Counted from the first letter of the stretch, positions 17,673 through 27,403 are shown. The stretch is DNA of 40,135 bases from an uncultured Candidatus Saccharibacteria bacterium (GCA_964585805.1 CAZPFE010000001.1:1-40135), one strand, 5' to 3'. A program made the numbers and translations. The notes: a model not told the origin generated them from the sequence alone.

Positions 17673-18696
17673 AATCGTGAGGTATTAGTTTGATTAAATC
17701 TAAATAATCAACTAACAAGAAGGAACCTAAAATAATCATTAAAATAAAAGATTTTAAAATTAAATCTGAATGCTGAACATCTAATTTAATAAAAATAGAA
17801 CAAAGAGAGATTAAAACAACAAAAATTAAAAACGCATAAGTGATAATTTGAGTAATCAGATAATAGCGGGAATTCAAGAAAGAAAAAAATTTAAAAGCAA
17901 AAGAATTATTTTTATTATCTACAATTCCTTCCTTTTTATTTTCTAAAAAAGTGTTTTGACCTAAAACCGCTGTTTTTTCTTCTCCTTTGTTATTAACTTC
18001 ATTCTCATTTTTGGTTTCGTTGTTCTTCTCTTCTTTTTTTGTTTTTATTCCCAATGACTTATTGGTTTCTTGCTTACTGGAAAAACCCCGCGTCTTTATT
18101 GAAGGAAGAGTAATGATTGGAGTTGTTTGAGAAGAACCAAAAAACTGAACAACAACTATAACATCTTTGTTTTGAAAATTCCCTCTAACCACAGCAATGC
18201 CAACCTCTTTATAAAAAGGACTGAGCATATTAGCGCGATGAGAAGGAGATTGAAGCCAAGCATCGTTTACTTCTTTTGAATCAAGAAAGCCAATTGCTAA
18301 ATTTTCCCCAGCAACTTTATAGTTATAACCAACTTTTCTAAGCCAGGACCAAGGAGTTAAACCTTCAGGACTCTGATGAGCAAAATAACCTTTCTTAATC
18401 ATATCTTCTGCTTTTAAAAAAGCTGCTTTATCTAATAAAGGATTTTCTTTTAAAGGATTTAACCCTAAAGAAACCCTTTCCTGGTTTAATAATTGAATCA
18501 AGTCAGATTTAACAATAGCGCCAAAAAAAGAACTTTTCGGCAAATAAATAAAAAGAGGAAGAGTAAAAAGTTTTAAAACAACAATAATTATCAAAAACCA
18601 AAATAAAACATTACTCTCAAGAATTTTGGGCCGAAAATTATTTTCTTGGCAAGGAAAAAGGAATCTTTTAATTTTAGGAAAAATACTTTTTGTCAT
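17659..18696 (-). CDS. CAP/SCP (YkwD-like) domain membrane protein
   Basis: Has an N-terminal TM. The CAP-domain pattern is LNQERVSLGLNPLKENPLLDKAAFLKAEDMIKKGYFAHQSPEG...VAGENLAIGF...AWLQSPSHRANML...VGIAVV. A Lys/Asn/Glu-rich linker and C-terminal TM segments follow. Confidence 0.65.
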   Translation of the reverse strand: MTKSIFPKIKRFLFPCQENNFRPKILESNVLFWFLIIIVVLKLFTLPLFIYLPKSSFFGAIVKSDLIQLLNQERVSLGLNPLKENPLLDKAAFLKAEDMIKKGYFAHQSPEGLTPWSWLRKVGYNYKVAGENLAIGFLDSKEVNDAWLQSPSHRANMLSPFYKEVGIAVVRGNFQNKDVIVVVQFFGSSQTTPIITLPSIKTRGFSSKQETNKSLGIKTKKEEKNNETKNENEVNNKGEEKTAVLGQNTFLENKKEGIVDNKNNSFAFKFFSFLNSRYYLITQIITYAFLIFVVLISLCSIFIKLDVQHSDLILKSFILMIILGSFLLVDYLDLIKLIPHDFVIR

Positions 18697-18733
18697 TGTT
18701 TAATTATGCTTACTTTTTCTTGAAAAATCAAGA

Positions 18734-18758
18734 AGCCGTTGATAAAAATTCAACGGCT
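18734..18758. terminator. Hairpin AGCCGTTGA-TAAAAAT-TCAACGGCT downstream of the 18772-19062 gene
   Basis: 9-bp stem read directly. T-rich on both sides (CTTTTTAT on plus; TTCTTGATTTTT on minus), so possibly bidirectional. Confidence 0.45.
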
Positions 18759-18771
18759 CTTTTTATGCGAA

Positions 18772-19062
18772 TCAATAATCATCACCTAGCACTTTTTTGT
18801 GCCGGTATTCCGCTTTTCTCGCGCCCTCTATCACCTCCTTTCTATAATGGCCGAGTTTAATTCCTCTTTTTTCAAAAAAATTTGTAAAAATTCTTTTACA
18901 TTCCTCGATCTCCATCCTGCCTCCTATCGCTCGATAGAAGGCGAGAACCTCTGAAAAAAGGAGTTCAGGATATTTAACAATTATCCCTTCCCCTTTCAAG
19001 GGAATATTATAACTTTTAGTAAGACCAATCAAAACCTCTTCAAATCTCTCTCTTTCATTCAT
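18772..19062 (-). CDS. Hypothetical small cytoplasmic protein (96 aa)
   Basis: Start placed at MNERERF (ATG 19060-19062), which is preceded by GGAGGAAAAAA. The longer ORF-track start would overlap tRNA-Glu. No recognisable domain. Confidence 0.5.
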   Translation of the reverse strand: MNERERFEEVLIGLTKSYNIPLKGEGIIVKYPELLFSEVLAFYRAIGGRMEIEECKRIFTNFFEKRGIKLGHYRKEVIEGARKAEYRHKKVLGDDY

Positions 19063-19107
19063 TTTTTTCCTCCTTCTTTTGTAAAAATTAATACAAAGAA
19101 CAGACAG

Positions 19108-19179
19108 TACCGCCACGGGGAATCGAACCCCGATTACAAGATTGAAAATCTTGTGTCCTAACCGTTAGACGATGGCGGC
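19108..19179 (-). tRNA. tRNA-Glu (anticodon UUC)
   Basis: Reverse complement is GCCGCCATCGTCTAACGGTTAGGACACAAGATTTTCAATCTTGTAATCGGGGTTCGATTCCCCGTGGCGGTA. It folds as a cloverleaf with anticodon stem CAAGA/TCTTG and loop TTTTCAA. T-arm is CGGGG-TTCGATT-CCCCG. CCA is not encoded. Confidence 0.88.
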
Positions 19180-19252
19180 AAAACTTAATTTTTTATTAAC
19201 TTAAAATTTGAAAAAAATCAATATTTTGATAAAATTTATATAAATTTTAGTT

Positions 19253-20467
19253 ATGAAAATTTTAGCCATTGACACATCCTGCGACGATACTTCTATTGCA
19301 ATTGCTGATTTTTCTCAGAAAAAATCAAGCTTTTCTTTTTCTTTGCTGGCAAATATTGTTTCCTCTCAAGTAGAAATTCATAAAAAATGGGGTGGCGTTT
19401 ATCCGACTTTAGCAAAAAGAGAACACCAAAAAAACCTTACTCCAGTCCTAACAAAAACTCTTAAAAAAGCAAAACTGCTTAAAAAAAGAAAAGAAATAAA
19501 AGAAATAAACGCCAAAAAAATAAAGAAAATCAAAAAATTTTTAGAAAGAGAACCTGAGTTAGCTGAAGAATTAATATTTTTTTTAAAAAACTACCAGAAA
19601 CCAAAAATTGAATCTATTGCTGTTACTATTGGACCAGGATTAGATCCGTGTTTATGGACAGGAATAAACTTTAGTAAAGCAATTGCTTATTTTTGGAATT
19701 TGCCAGTCATTCCTGTTAACCATCTTCAAGGACACATTTTTTCTGCTTTTTTAGGAAGAAACATTTCTAAACTTCAGACATTAATCTCTAATCCTAATAA
19801 ACTACTTCCAGCAATTTGTTTAATCGTTAGCGGCGGTCATACTCAATTAATCCTGATGGAAAAAATTGGCAAATATAAGCTCATTGGTGAAACAAGAGAT
19901 GATGCTGCTGGCGAGTGTTTCGATAAAACAGCTCGTATTTTGGGATTAAGTTATCCTGGCGGTCCAGCAATCGCAATTGAAGCAAAAAAATACTGCCCTA
20001 CTAAAAACTCTATAGAAATTAGTTTGCCTCGACCAATGATTAAACAAAATAATTATGATTTCAGTTTCTCTGGATTAAAAACTGCTGTTCTATATAACTT
20101 CAAAAAACAACCCTTAAAAATCAGGAAATCAAAAAAATATGTCCAAATAATGGCAAAAGAAATTCAGCAAACTATAATTGATATTTTAATAAAAAAAACA
20201 ATTGAAGCTGCAAAAAACTCCCAAGCAAAATCTGTAATTATTGGCGGCGGAGTAACCGCAAACAAAGAACTTCGCCTTCAATTCAAAAAAATCCTTAAAA
20301 AAGAAAAAATAAATTTTATTCTGCCTGAAACAAAATTTTCTACTGACAACGCAGCTATGATTGCTTTAGCCGCTTGCTTTCAAAAACAAAAAACCAAAGA
20401 TTATCAAAAAATAAAATCAGAGCCTAATCTTACTTTTAATCAAGAAAGTAATAATAAAAACTTCTGA
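19253..20467 (+). CDS. tsaD: tRNA N6-adenosine threonylcarbamoyltransferase TsaD (Kae1/YgjD family) with a Lys-rich insertion
   Basis: ILAIDTSCDDTS start, metal-binding VNHLQGHIF, VSGGHTQL, DDAAGECFDKTARILGL.YPGGP and GGGVTANKELR. An extra ~35-40 aa Lys-rich segment occupies about residues 74-112. Confidence 0.88.
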   Translation: MKILAIDTSCDDTSIAIADFSQKKSSFSFSLLANIVSSQVEIHKKWGGVYPTLAKREHQKNLTPVLTKTLKKAKLLKKRKEIKEINAKKIKKIKKFLEREPELAEELIFFLKNYQKPKIESIAVTIGPGLDPCLWTGINFSKAIAYFWNLPVIPVNHLQGHIFSAFLGRNISKLQTLISNPNKLLPAICLIVSGGHTQLILMEKIGKYKLIGETRDDAAGECFDKTARILGLSYPGGPAIAIEAKKYCPTKNSIEISLPRPMIKQNNYDFSFSGLKTAVLYNFKKQPLKIRKSKKYVQIMAKEIQQTIIDILIKKTIEAAKNSQAKSVIIGGGVTANKELRLQFKKILKKEKINFILPETKFSTDNAAMIALAACFQKQKTKDYQKIKSEPNLTFNQESNNKNF

Positions 20468-20489
20468 AATCACAAAATTAACTTTTTAT

Positions 20490-21233
20490 ATGAAATATTT
20501 TTTTTATACCAATCATTATATTTTTTATATCTCTTTAGGTTTAACTCCTAGTATAATCTGGCTAATTTTTTATCTTAAAAAAGACATTCATCCTGAATCA
20601 AAAAAAATGATTTTAAAAATATTTCTTGGAGGGATGCTAGCTGCTATCTCGGCGGCAATAATAGAAATCATTGCCGAAAAACTGTTATCTTTAATAATAA
20701 AACCATCTTCTTTCTTGTTTATTCTTTTTTATTATTTCATAGGAGTTGCTCTTGTTGAAGAATTCTCAAAATATTTCATTGTTAAAAAAGAAGTCCTAAA
20801 GAATCCTGAATTTGATGAACCAGTAGACGCAATGATTTATATGATTACTTCTGCTTTAGGATTTGCTGCTTTAGAAAATATTTTTACAATATTTCCTGGC
20901 TTAAGAAATCTCTCTTTAATAGAAGCAACATCAATAACAACTTTTCGTTTTTTAGGAGCAACTTTTCTCCATGCTCTCTGTTCAGGAACAATAGGATACT
21001 TTCTGGCTTTATCTATCTTTAACAAGAAAAAAATTCCTTATATTTTTATAGGAATAACGCTTGCTTCTATCTTGCACGGACTTTATAACTTTTCTATAAT
21101 AAATTTAAATAAAGATTTTAATTTCTCACTTTTAATAATTTTTATTTTAGTTTCTTTAGCCTTATTTATTTCTTTTGCCTTTAAAGAAGTTAAAAAAATA
21201 AAAAGTATTTGCACAATAAAAATAAATAAATAA
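20490..21233 (+). CDS. PrsW-family intramembrane metalloprotease
   Basis: Polytopic membrane protein with the PrsW signature motifs VEEFSKY (EExxK), FAALEN and FLHALCSG / LHGLYN. Confidence 0.65.
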   Translation: MKYFFYTNHYIFYISLGLTPSIIWLIFYLKKDIHPESKKMILKIFLGGMLAAISAAIIEIIAEKLLSLIIKPSSFLFILFYYFIGVALVEEFSKYFIVKKEVLKNPEFDEPVDAMIYMITSALGFAALENIFTIFPGLRNLSLIEATSITTFRFLGATFLHALCSGTIGYFLALSIFNKKKIPYIFIGITLASILHGLYNFSIINLNKDFNFSLLIIFILVSLALFISFAFKEVKKIKSICTIKINK

Positions 21234-21235
21234 TT

Positions 21236-21829
21236 ATGACAAAAAGTTTTTTTGAAAAACTCAAAAAAGGAATGAATATTGAAGATTTAATAGAAGAAAA
21301 TGATGACTTAAAGAAATCTGATAACGAGCAAGAAGAAAAAAATCAGGAAAAAGAAAGAAAAACTGAAAAAACATCCAATAAAAAGAAAAAACAAAACAAG
21401 AAAAAAATTGAAATCAAAAAAGAAAAAACAGAAAAAAAAGATACTCCAAGAAAAAAATCTTCTTTTATAGAAAAGTTAAGCAATGAAAAAGAAAAGATAA
21501 AAGGAGAATTAGCGATTGACCTTTACCAAACAGAAAAAGAAATTGTAATTCGGGCGCCCATTGCTGGAATTAACCCAGAAGAATTAGATATTAGTATTGA
21601 AAATGATATGGTTCAGATTCAAGGAGAAAGAAGAGAGCCGGAAGAAGATTGGCAAGAATTCATTATTAAAGAATGTTTCTGGGGACCTTTTTCCCGGGAA
21701 ATAATCTTACCAGAAGAAGTAGATGCTTCTCGGGCTGAAGCTTACTTTAAAAATGGAATTCTTGTAGTTAGATTGCCAAAAATTGAAAAATACAAAAAAA
21801 GAAAAATTATTATTAAAAGTGAAGAATAA
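21236..21829 (+). CDS. Hsp20/alpha-crystallin small heat-shock protein with a Lys/Glu-rich N-terminal extension
   Basis: The C-terminal ~100 aa match an alpha-crystallin domain (AIDLYQTEKEIVIRAPIAGINPEELDISIENDMVQIQGER...FSREIILPEEVD...AYFKNGILVVRLPK). Confidence 0.8.
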   Translation: MTKSFFEKLKKGMNIEDLIEENDDLKKSDNEQEEKNQEKERKTEKTSNKKKKQNKKKIEIKKEKTEKKDTPRKKSSFIEKLSNEKEKIKGELAIDLYQTEKEIVIRAPIAGINPEELDISIENDMVQIQGERREPEEDWQEFIIKECFWGPFSREIILPEEVDASRAEAYFKNGILVVRLPKIEKYKKRKIIIKSEE

Positions 21830-21834
21830 ATTTG

Positions 21835-21918
21835 TGTCCTCGGTGGGATTCGAACCCACAACCCTATAAAGGGACAACGTCCTAAGCGTTGCGCGTATAC
21901 CAATTCCGCCACGAGGAC
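21835..21918 (-). tRNA. tRNA-Leu (anticodon UAG), long variable arm
   Basis: Reverse complement is GTCCTCGTGGCGGAATTGGTATACGCGCAACGCTTAGGACGTTGTCCCTTTATAGGGTTGTGGGTTCGAATCCCACCGAGGACA. Anticodon stem CAACG/CGTTG with loop CTTAGGA. Variable arm CCC..GGG. T-arm GTGGG-TTCGAAT-CCCAC. Confidence 0.88.
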
Positions 21919-21950
21919 TTTTTTTATTTTTACATCTTTTTTAAACAATA

Positions 21951-21979
21951 AACAACCCCTCTTTTGGAAAGGGGTTGTT
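21951..21979. terminator. Bidirectional intrinsic terminator hairpin
   Basis: AACAACCCCT-CTTTTGGAA-AGGGGTTGTT is followed by TTTATTTATTT on plus and by TATTGTTT on minus. It lies between the 22012-22404 gene (minus) and tRNA-Leu/Hsp20. Confidence 0.6.
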
Positions 21980-22011
21980 TTTATTTATTTCTTCAATTAT
22001 TTCTTTAATTT

Positions 22012-22404
22012 TTAAATTCCTGTTGTCGGTGGTAAATAATATTGCTGAGTCGAATCTGGAATCTGAACAGGAGTTCCTGTTATATAGCCTATCAATCTAA
22101 CTAACCCTTTCGCAGCAAAAGCAACCAAAACTCCAATCAAGGCATAAAGAACAAAATCCCTTGCTTTTTTTGTTGTATCTTTATCTCCCTGAGCTGTAAC
22201 AAAATAATAACCGGCAATAATAATAAAAATAGCAGCAACAATCAATAAGATAGAAAAAAGCCAGTCCAAAACATTATTAAGTAATTGCATCGTCTCAATA
22301 TCAGGTGCCGGTGTGGGCGCTGTCGTCTGAGTCTGAGCCATAACAACTAACGGCACTAAGTGTAAGAACAAAGCTGCAATTTTCTTTAACAATTTCATAA
22401 TCAT
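22012..22404 (-). CDS. Small secreted two-TM protein, TrbC/VirB2-like (T4SS-pilin-like) fold candidate
   Basis: Signal peptide ending VVMAQTQ and a Thr/Pro-rich linker. Two hydrophobic helices are separated by a short polar loop (IIAGYYFVTAQGDKDTTKKARDFVLYALIGVLVAFAAKGL). Paralogous to the next gene. Confidence 0.45.
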   Translation of the reverse strand: MIMKLLKKIAALFLHLVPLVVMAQTQTTAPTPAPDIETMQLLNNVLDWLFSILLIVAAIFIIIAGYYFVTAQGDKDTTKKARDFVLYALIGVLVAFAAKGLVRLIGYITGTPVQIPDSTQQYYLPPTTGI

Positions 22405-22473
22405 AATTTTTAATTTTTATAATCTTGTATTCATAATAGTTTTCATAATAATAACTTCGACCTTTTTAACTAT

Positions 22474-22872
22474 CTAATTATAAGGTGTATCTATGCCAAA
22501 GATATTTCCAAATAAAGCAATCAACCCTTTTGCTGCAATAATAATTAATAAACCTATTAATGTCCATAATATTATCTTTTTTCCAGTTTCAACCTGTTTA
22601 GGATTTGTAGCAGCTGTAACAAAATAATAACCACCTACCACAATCATCAAAGGAGCAAGGACTAAGGAAATGTTATATAAAAAATCTATTACCGCGTTTA
22701 ACAATTCTGCAAAACTATTCCATTGCAATGGATTATCAATAGTAACTGAAGTTGATTGAGAAGATGGAGATGGTTGATCAGATGGTTGATCAGGTGAATC
22801 TGCTTGCGCTTGAATAAATAAAGGAAAAGCAACAATTAATAAAATTAATATTTTGATTATTTGTTTTCTCAT
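22474..22872 (-). CDS. Small secreted two-TM protein, TrbC/VirB2-like (T4SS-pilin-like) fold candidate, paralog
   Basis: Signal peptide ending FIQAQA and a Ser/Pro/Gln-rich linker with DQPS repeats. Same core as its neighbour (VVGGYYFVTAATNPKQVETGKKIILWTLIGLLIIIAAKGL). Confidence 0.45.
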   Translation of the reverse strand: MRKQIIKILILLIVAFPLFIQAQADSPDQPSDQPSPSSQSTSVTIDNPLQWNSFAELLNAVIDFLYNISLVLAPLMIVVGGYYFVTAATNPKQVETGKKIILWTLIGLLIIIAAKGLIALFGNIFGIDTPYN

Positions 22873-22880
22873 ATATTACT

Positions 22881-23417
22881 TTAAGAATTTATTTTTTTGA
22901 AAATCAAGCTATAATGGTAAGCGCCAGCGTCAATTTCTTTATCTAACTGAAATCCCCCTATTTTTTCTACTAAATCCTGAACTTCTTTTTTAGAAATTTT
23001 CCCTTCTATTGAAATTATTTCCTTTTCTGGAAGCCAATCAATAATCAATAATAATCCATCTTTCCTAAGAACTCTCTTTGCTTCTTTTATTATAGCACTT
23101 TTATCCTCTACTTGAAAGAGAAGATTAACAATAAAAACTAAATCAACTGAATTATCATTTAAAGTTGAACCTTTTTCTTTTTCTAAATCAGAAACTATAA
23201 GCTGCACATTGTTAATATTTTCTAATTTCAATCTTCCTTTTAAAGATGATAAGGGTTCTTGTTGAATATCTATACCATAAACAAAACCATCTTCTAATTT
23301 TTTTGCTAAAGAAACTACAAAATCTCCTCCGCCACAGCCAAAATCTGCTGCTATCATATCTGGTTTTAAATCAAGCTGATCTAATATTTTTTCTGGATGA
23401 AGGAAAACACCCATCAT
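22881..23417 (-). CDS. Class I SAM-dependent methyltransferase
   Basis: Motif I is IAADFGCGGGDF, followed by acidic loop YGIDI and motif-IV-like VDLVFIVNLL. Substrate unknown. Confidence 0.7.
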   Translation of the reverse strand: MMGVFLHPEKILDQLDLKPDMIAADFGCGGGDFVVSLAKKLEDGFVYGIDIQQEPLSSLKGRLKLENINNVQLIVSDLEKEKGSTLNDNSVDLVFIVNLLFQVEDKSAIIKEAKRVLRKDGLLLIIDWLPEKEIISIEGKISKKEVQDLVEKIGGFQLDKEIDAGAYHYSLIFKKINS

Positions 23418-23430
23418 TTTTTAAATTATA

Positions 23431-25899
23431 TCAAACACACATTGCTGAAGCAACTTTATCTCCTTCATCTAACCTCATTATCCTCACTCCTTGAGTTGCC
23501 CGACTAATTATTGGAATTGAAGAAATTTTCGTTCTAATAACTTGACCTTTTTGAGAAATAATAATTAAATCCTCTTCATCAGACAAGATTGAAGAGAATA
23601 CTATCTTCCCTGTCTTAGATGTTATATTAGCCGTTTTTATCCCGCTTCCACCTCTTTTTTGGAGACGGTACTCTTTTAATCTTGTCCTTTTTCCATAACC
23701 ATTCTCAGTAACAATCAATAAGTACATATCTTTTTTCTTTTTATCTTCCTCGTTAATAATATTCATACCTATCACCTCATCATCCTTTCTTAGAGAAATG
23801 CCTCTAATTCCAGCTGCTGTCCTTCCCATTTCTCTTATCTCTTTCTCTTTAAACCTTATAGATTGACCATTTCTTGTTACTAAAATAACCTCACCCTTTC
23901 CATCACTCTTTTCTGCTTTTTGCAGAAGATCTCCTTTCTTTAGTTTAATAGCAATTAGTCCTGACCTTCTCACATTTTTAAATTCTTCTAATTTTACTTT
24001 TTTTACTAATCCCTGTCTTGTTGCCATCAAAATTTCTTTTATTCCTTTGTCAAAATCTACTTTCTTGTTAATAGTCAACATTGATAAAATTTTTTCGCTT
24101 GAAGAAATTTCTAAGAAATTCATTATCCCTCTTCCTCTAGCCACTCGTGTTCCTTCTGGAATTTCATATACCAAGGACTTGAAAACTTTACCTGAATCAG
24201 TAAAGAAAAATATCTCATCATGGGTTTGAGCCAAAAGGAAATGTTCTACTACATCGTCTTGTAAGGTTTTCATTCCTAATATCCCCTTCCCTCCTCTTTT
24301 CTGAATTTTATAAGTAGATGGATTGATTCTTTTAATATATCCACCTTGAGTCAAAGTAATAATTGTTTCTTCTTGAGGGATCAAATCTTCTTCTGCTATT
24401 TCACCAACTTTTTGAAGATAAACCTTCGTTTTCCTTTCATCACCAAAATTTTCCTCTATTTCTTGTATCTCTTTTTTAAACACTTCCCTTATCTTTTTGG
24501 GGCTCTTTAAGATTGCGGTCAATTCTTTAATTTTCTTTTTCATTGCCAACAATTCATCTTCAATCTTCTTTCTTTCTAACTTTGCCAAAGAAGCAAGTTT
24601 TGTTTCTAAAATAGCGTTTGCTTGAATTTCTGTTAAATTAATTTTTTTCATTAAATTTCTCTTTGCTTCTTCTCTGTCTTTTGAGGATTTAATAATCTTT
24701 ATAACTAAATCTATCTTCCCCAAACACTTATGCAATCCTTCTAAAATATGGGCTCTTTCCTTTGCTCTTTCTAAATCATATTTTGTTCGCCTTGTAATTA
24801 CTTCAATGCGATGAGCAATAAAATAATTTAAAATTTCAACCAAAGAAAGCAGCTTAGGCTGAATCCCATCAACCAAAGCAATCATATTAAGATGATATGT
24901 TCTTTGGAGATCAGTAAACTTATATAATCTATTTAAAATTTTTTGAGGATAAGCATCTCTCTGAAGATCAATGACTATTCTCAACCCCTCTTTATCTGAC
25001 TCATCTCTAATATCTCTTACTCCCTGAATTTTCTTTTCTTGAACCAACTTAGCCAATTGCTGAATCAAATTTGTTTTTTGAACTTGAAATGGAATTTCAC
25101 TAATAATAATTTTTGTTTTTCCTTTTTCCTCCCTTATCTCTGCCTTTCCTCTAACAACTATCGGTCCTTTGCCTTGAGAATAAGCAGAAATTATATCTTT
25201 TTTGCCATAAATAATTCCTCCAGTCGGAAAATCAGGACCTTTTATAAACTGGAACAAATCTTCTACGCTTGCTTCTGGATTGTCAACTAAATAAACAAGC
25301 GCTTGGCAAACCTCTTTAATATTATGAGGAGGAATATTAGTCGCCATTCCAACGGCTATACCTAAAGAACCATTTAAAAGAAGCTGAGGAATTGGTGAAG
25401 GCAGAACCACTGGCTCTTTTCTCGTCCCATCATAATTATCGCGAAAATCAACTGTCTCTTTATTAATATCTTTTAACATTTCCTCGCCAATCTCTGACAG
25501 CCGACATTCTGTATATCTTTGAGCAGCCGGTGGATCTCCGTCTATTGAACCAAAATTTCCTTGTCCTTGGATTAAAGGATAGCGCAAAGAAAAATCTTGA
25601 GCCATTCTTACTAAAGCATCATAAACAGCTGCATCGCCATGTGGATGATATTTACCAAGAACCTCACCTGTCACTGCTGCTGACTTCCTAAATTTTGCTC
25701 CATGAGTTAAACCCAAACCGTACATAGCATATAAAATTCTTCTCTGAACCGGTTTTAATCCATCTCGAACATCAGGTAAAGCCCGAGAAACAATTACTGA
25801 CATCGCATAATCAATATAGGACTCTTTCATTTCTTCGGTAATCTCCCTAGGTATTACTTCTCCAATTTTTAATTTTGATTTTTCTTCTTTTGAAACCAT
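23431..25899 (-). CDS. gyrA: DNA gyrase subunit A
   Basis: [41 protein letters not shown] and AAQRYTE (catalytic Tyr region), with C-terminal beta-pinwheel repeats. 822 aa. A ParC identity cannot be excluded from sequence alone. Confidence 0.88.
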   Translation of the reverse strand: MVSKEEKSKLKIGEVIPREITEEMKESYIDYAMSVIVSRALPDVRDGLKPVQRRILYAMYGLGLTHGAKFRKSAAVTGEVLGKYHPHGDAAVYDALVRMAQDFSLRYPLIQGQGNFGSIDGDPPAAQRYTECRLSEIGEEMLKDINKETVDFRDNYDGTRKEPVVLPSPIPQLLLNGSLGIAVGMATNIPPHNIKEVCQALVYLVDNPEASVEDLFQFIKGPDFPTGGIIYGKKDIISAYSQGKGPIVVRGKAEIREEKGKTKIIISEIPFQVQKTNLIQQLAKLVQEKKIQGVRDIRDESDKEGLRIVIDLQRDAYPQKILNRLYKFTDLQRTYHLNMIALVDGIQPKLLSLVEILNYFIAHRIEVITRRTKYDLERAKERAHILEGLHKCLGKIDLVIKIIKSSKDREEAKRNLMKKINLTEIQANAILETKLASLAKLERKKIEDELLAMKKKIKELTAILKSPKKIREVFKKEIQEIEENFGDERKTKVYLQKVGEIAEEDLIPQEETIITLTQGGYIKRINPSTYKIQKRGGKGILGMKTLQDDVVEHFLLAQTHDEIFFFTDSGKVFKSLVYEIPEGTRVARGRGIMNFLEISSSEKILSMLTINKKVDFDKGIKEILMATRQGLVKKVKLEEFKNVRRSGLIAIKLKKGDLLQKAEKSDGKGEVILVTRNGQSIRFKEKEIREMGRTAAGIRGISLRKDDEVIGMNIINEEDKKKKDMYLLIVTENGYGKRTRLKEYRLQKRGGSGIKTANITSKTGKIVFSSILSDEEDLIIISQKGQVIRTKISSIPIISRATQGVRIMRLDEGDKVASAMCV

Positions 25900-25910
25900 A
25901 TTTTTAATTT

Positions 25911-26267
25911 TTATTTATTTTCTTCATTTTTTATATTTTTACTTGTATTCTCAGTATCTGTCCCTAAAGACGATTCAAGAAAATCTTCCTTATTTGGCGT
26001 ATCAGTTGTCAATATCTCATATATTTTTTTCATCTCCTCTTCTGAAAACGGAAAAGAAACTTTTCTTTCCTGGTACTCTTCTTCTAAATTTATAGAAGGA
26101 AATTTAATTTTTTCAAAAGTATTACCATTTAACACTTCTTTCACTTCTCTTTTAAAAAGAACCCACCATAAATAAAGCAACATCGCTCCAATTATAGTTA
26201 TCGTTATCCATAAAATTAATTTCCTTTCCTTTTCTGGTCTTTGTTGAATTTTTTTTAAAAAATTCAT
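25911..26267 (-). CDS. Hypothetical single-pass membrane protein
   Basis: ORF with one TM ([22 protein letters not shown]). Its start overlaps the stop of the upstream gene by 4 nt (ATGA). No recognisable domain. Confidence 0.45.
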   Translation of the reverse strand: MNFLKKIQQRPEKERKLILWITITIIGAMLLYLWWVLFKREVKEVLNGNTFEKIKFPSINLEEEYQERKVSFPFSEEEMKKIYEILTTDTPNKEDFLESSLGTDTENTSKNIKNEENK

Positions 26268-26899
26268 TCTTCTAAAACAATTATTTTTGCTTCATCATTA
26301 GAAATATCCTTTTTCTTAAGTGAAATTTTCGGCAAGGGTGAAATTGATTTCAAACCTAAAATTTTTAAAAATGATTCCAATTTCTCCAATTTATTTTTTA
26401 TTTTAGAAGATTGATAATACATTGGAATAATAACCTTTGGCTCTATTTGAGACATTACCTTAACCGCCTCCTTTGGATCAAACGACTCGCCTCCTCCAAC
26501 AGGAAGCATCAAAATATCTACTTCTCCTATTTCTTCTACTTGTTCTGGACTTAATTCCTTTTGACCAGTTCTTCCTAAATGACATATCTTAATTTCCTCA
26601 CTCTCTATCAGAGAAATTAACGAATATTGACCACTCTTCGTTTTTGTTTGAATTGTCTGAACAAAAACACCTTTTAAATCATACTCTCCTTGCTGAAAAA
26701 TAACAAATCCTCTTTCCTCTAAATCCTTTATTTCTTTATCTTCTTCAGAAATAGTGCTTAACAAAAAAATATCCGCTTCTAACTTCGGACCCCGAAAACC
26801 TTTTTCCTTATCTAAAGGGTCTATTAAAATAGTTACTGCTTTCTTATTTTGTTGACTATTTATTTTAAAGCAAGTTTGCCCATACCACTGAATATTCAT
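26264..26899 (-). CDS. MBL-fold (UPF0173-like) protein with degenerate metal-binding motif
   Basis: MNIQWYGQTCFKI...ILIDP...ADIFLLS resembles the metal-dependent hydrolase family that starts MKITWLGHSCF. The expected HxHxDH is replaced by STISEEDKE. Confidence 0.55.
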   Translation of the reverse strand: MNIQWYGQTCFKINSQQNKKAVTILIDPLDKEKGFRGPKLEADIFLLSTISEEDKEIKDLEERGFVIFQQGEYDLKGVFVQTIQTKTKSGQYSLISLIESEEIKICHLGRTGQKELSPEQVEEIGEVDILMLPVGGGESFDPKEAVKVMSQIEPKVIIPMYYQSSKIKNKLEKLESFLKILGLKSISPLPKISLKKKDISNDEAKIIVLEE

Positions 26900-26987
26900 A
26901 AAAATCTTATATTAAAGATAATAATTTAAAAAAAGAATTTATAAATTTTATCATAATCAATTCTTTCTTCAACTATTAATTTTTTAG

Positions 26988-27059
26988 TGCCCCTGGAGGG
27001 AATCGAACCCCCATCCCAGGCTTAGAAGGCCCGTGTTCTATCCGTTGAACTACAGGGGC
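26988..27059 (-). tRNA. tRNA-Arg (anticodon UCU)
   Basis: Reverse complement is GCCCCTGTAGTTCAACGGATAGAACACGGGCCTTCTAAGCCTGGGATGGGGGTTCGATTCCCTCCAGGGGCA. Anticodon stem CGGGC/GCCTG with loop CTTCTAA. T-loop is TTCGATT. Confidence 0.88.
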
Positions 27060-27063
27060 AAAA

Positions 27064-27390
27064 CTATTTTTGCTCTTCCTCTTTTTTCAATTGAAAAATA
27101 TCTTTATACTGTTTTTTATCTATTTTTTTAATCTTATCTTCATCATCCCGCCAGTGTTTAATTACTTCTTTATAATTAAACCTATCCAAAACTAAAGATT
27201 CATTCACTGGCTCCAGCTCAATTCCTTTTATCATTTTATTATATTTATAATAACAAATTAAAGCAATAATTATTGTCAAAAAAATAATCACCAAACAATC
27301 CTTAAAAAAATTCTTAGCAATAATCAAGATAGATTTTCTAATCATTTTCCTTATTCTTTCTGTGTTATTCATTCTTATCTTCATAAGCAT
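27064..27390 (-). CDS. Hypothetical single-pass membrane protein, distal gene of the pilMNO cluster
   Basis: ORF 13 nt downstream of pilO with one TM (LVIIFLTIIIALICYY). No recognisable domain. The exact start is uncertain because there are several in-frame Met codons. Confidence 0.4.
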   Translation of the reverse strand: MLMKIRMNNTERIRKMIRKSILIIAKNFFKDCLVIIFLTIIIALICYYKYNKMIKGIELEPVNESLVLDRFNYKEVIKHWRDDEDKIKKIDKKQYKDIFQLKKEEEQK

Positions 27391-27403
27391 TAAAGAAATT
27401 ATA

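Noticed and set aside
14195-18696. Diversity-generating retroelement targeting the surface proteins or pilins
   Set aside because: - There is no reverse transcriptase in the window.
- The only near-identical repeat between the surface genes (52 nt) shows no adenine-specific mismatches.
- No template/variable repeat pair was seen at pilin C-termini.
19063-19116. Longer start for the 18772 gene (MAVLSVLCINFYKRRRKK)
   Set aside because: It would overlap tRNA-Glu (19108-19179). The internal ATG at 19062 has a GGAGG ribosome-binding site.
21742-21948. 68-aa minus-strand ORF
   Set aside because: It is the translation of tRNA-Leu and the 3' end of the Hsp20 gene on the opposite strand.
23431-25899. 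gyrA without an adjacent gyrB as an anomaly
   Set aside because: Separation of gyrA and gyrB is common in bacteria, so it is not informative.
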